Part shown: one piece after another, positions 63,722 to 64,000 of the stretch | Numbering within the stretch: position 1 is the first letter of the stretch | Layout of the letters: the number at the start of each line of letters is the position of its first letter | Assembly (NCBI GenBank): GCA_038087875.1 | Contig: CM075980.1 | Coordinates: 10,168,001 to 10,232,000, forward strand | Origin: Malacoraja senta | Lineage: Eukaryota | Length of the DNA stretch: 64,000 nucleotides | Direction: 5' to 3' | Program-made: the position numbers and the translations under genes | Notes under the pieces: generated by a model | Seen by the model: only the letters and a program-made list of their open reading frames with translations | Databases searched by the model: none | Told to the model about the DNA's origin: nothing

Positions 63722-64000
63722 GAAGCAGTACTTGAAATTAAAGAAATCAATGTTCATACCGCTGAGTTGTAAGCTGCACAAGCGAAATATGAGGTGCTAT
63801 TATTCCAATTTGCGCGTGGGGTCGTTTTGAGTTGTCCAGGGCAGTAAGCTCAGTGTGGAAATGGGAAGGAGTTAAAATGTTAGGTATTCATGTTATCTGG
63901 TCTACACGTCTTCCTACCCTGCCACTTTCAAATACTCTATCCCCTACTACAAATTCCTCTGTCGCCGCTGTTGTTTCTCCGAAGATGAGATGTTCCAGAC
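63722..64000. mobile_element. Penelope-like fragments: minus-strand GIY-YIG end and plus-strand RT-thumb remnant
   Basis: Minus strand HLIFRLCSLQLSGMNIDF; plus strand YTSSYPATFKYSIPYYKFLCRR. Confidence 0.65.

Overview
Vertebrate genomic DNA from a cartilaginous fish, probably a skate or ray (inferred from the Ig class and repeat content). It is dense in retroelements: CR1, RTE-X-like, L1, Rex1/Babar, Penelope and L2-type tails, plus Tc1 and MITEs. Host content has two parts. (i) Three consecutive + strand coding exons of an SLC4 anion exchanger most like SLC4A3/AE3 (3974-11020). I found no further exons in the next 53 kb; the third exon is followed by an inverted copy of part of the previous exon and a minisatellite. 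(ii) Two + strand immunoglobulin light-chain clusters (leader, germline-joined VJ, C) of the chondrichthyan type II/NS3 lambda class. They lie in a head-to-tail tandem duplication (A about 18551-43172, B about 43173-63647) with a readable junction. Cluster A is intact; cluster B has TGG>TAG at the conserved V-domain Trp. The main observations are clustered amino-acid divergence in FR3 and CDR3 of the pre-joined V genes, lack of CpG depletion across the clusters, a probable rearrangement breakpoint in SLC4A3, and two rearranged LINEs. All alignments and counts were done by eye. I cannot claim a wholly new system.
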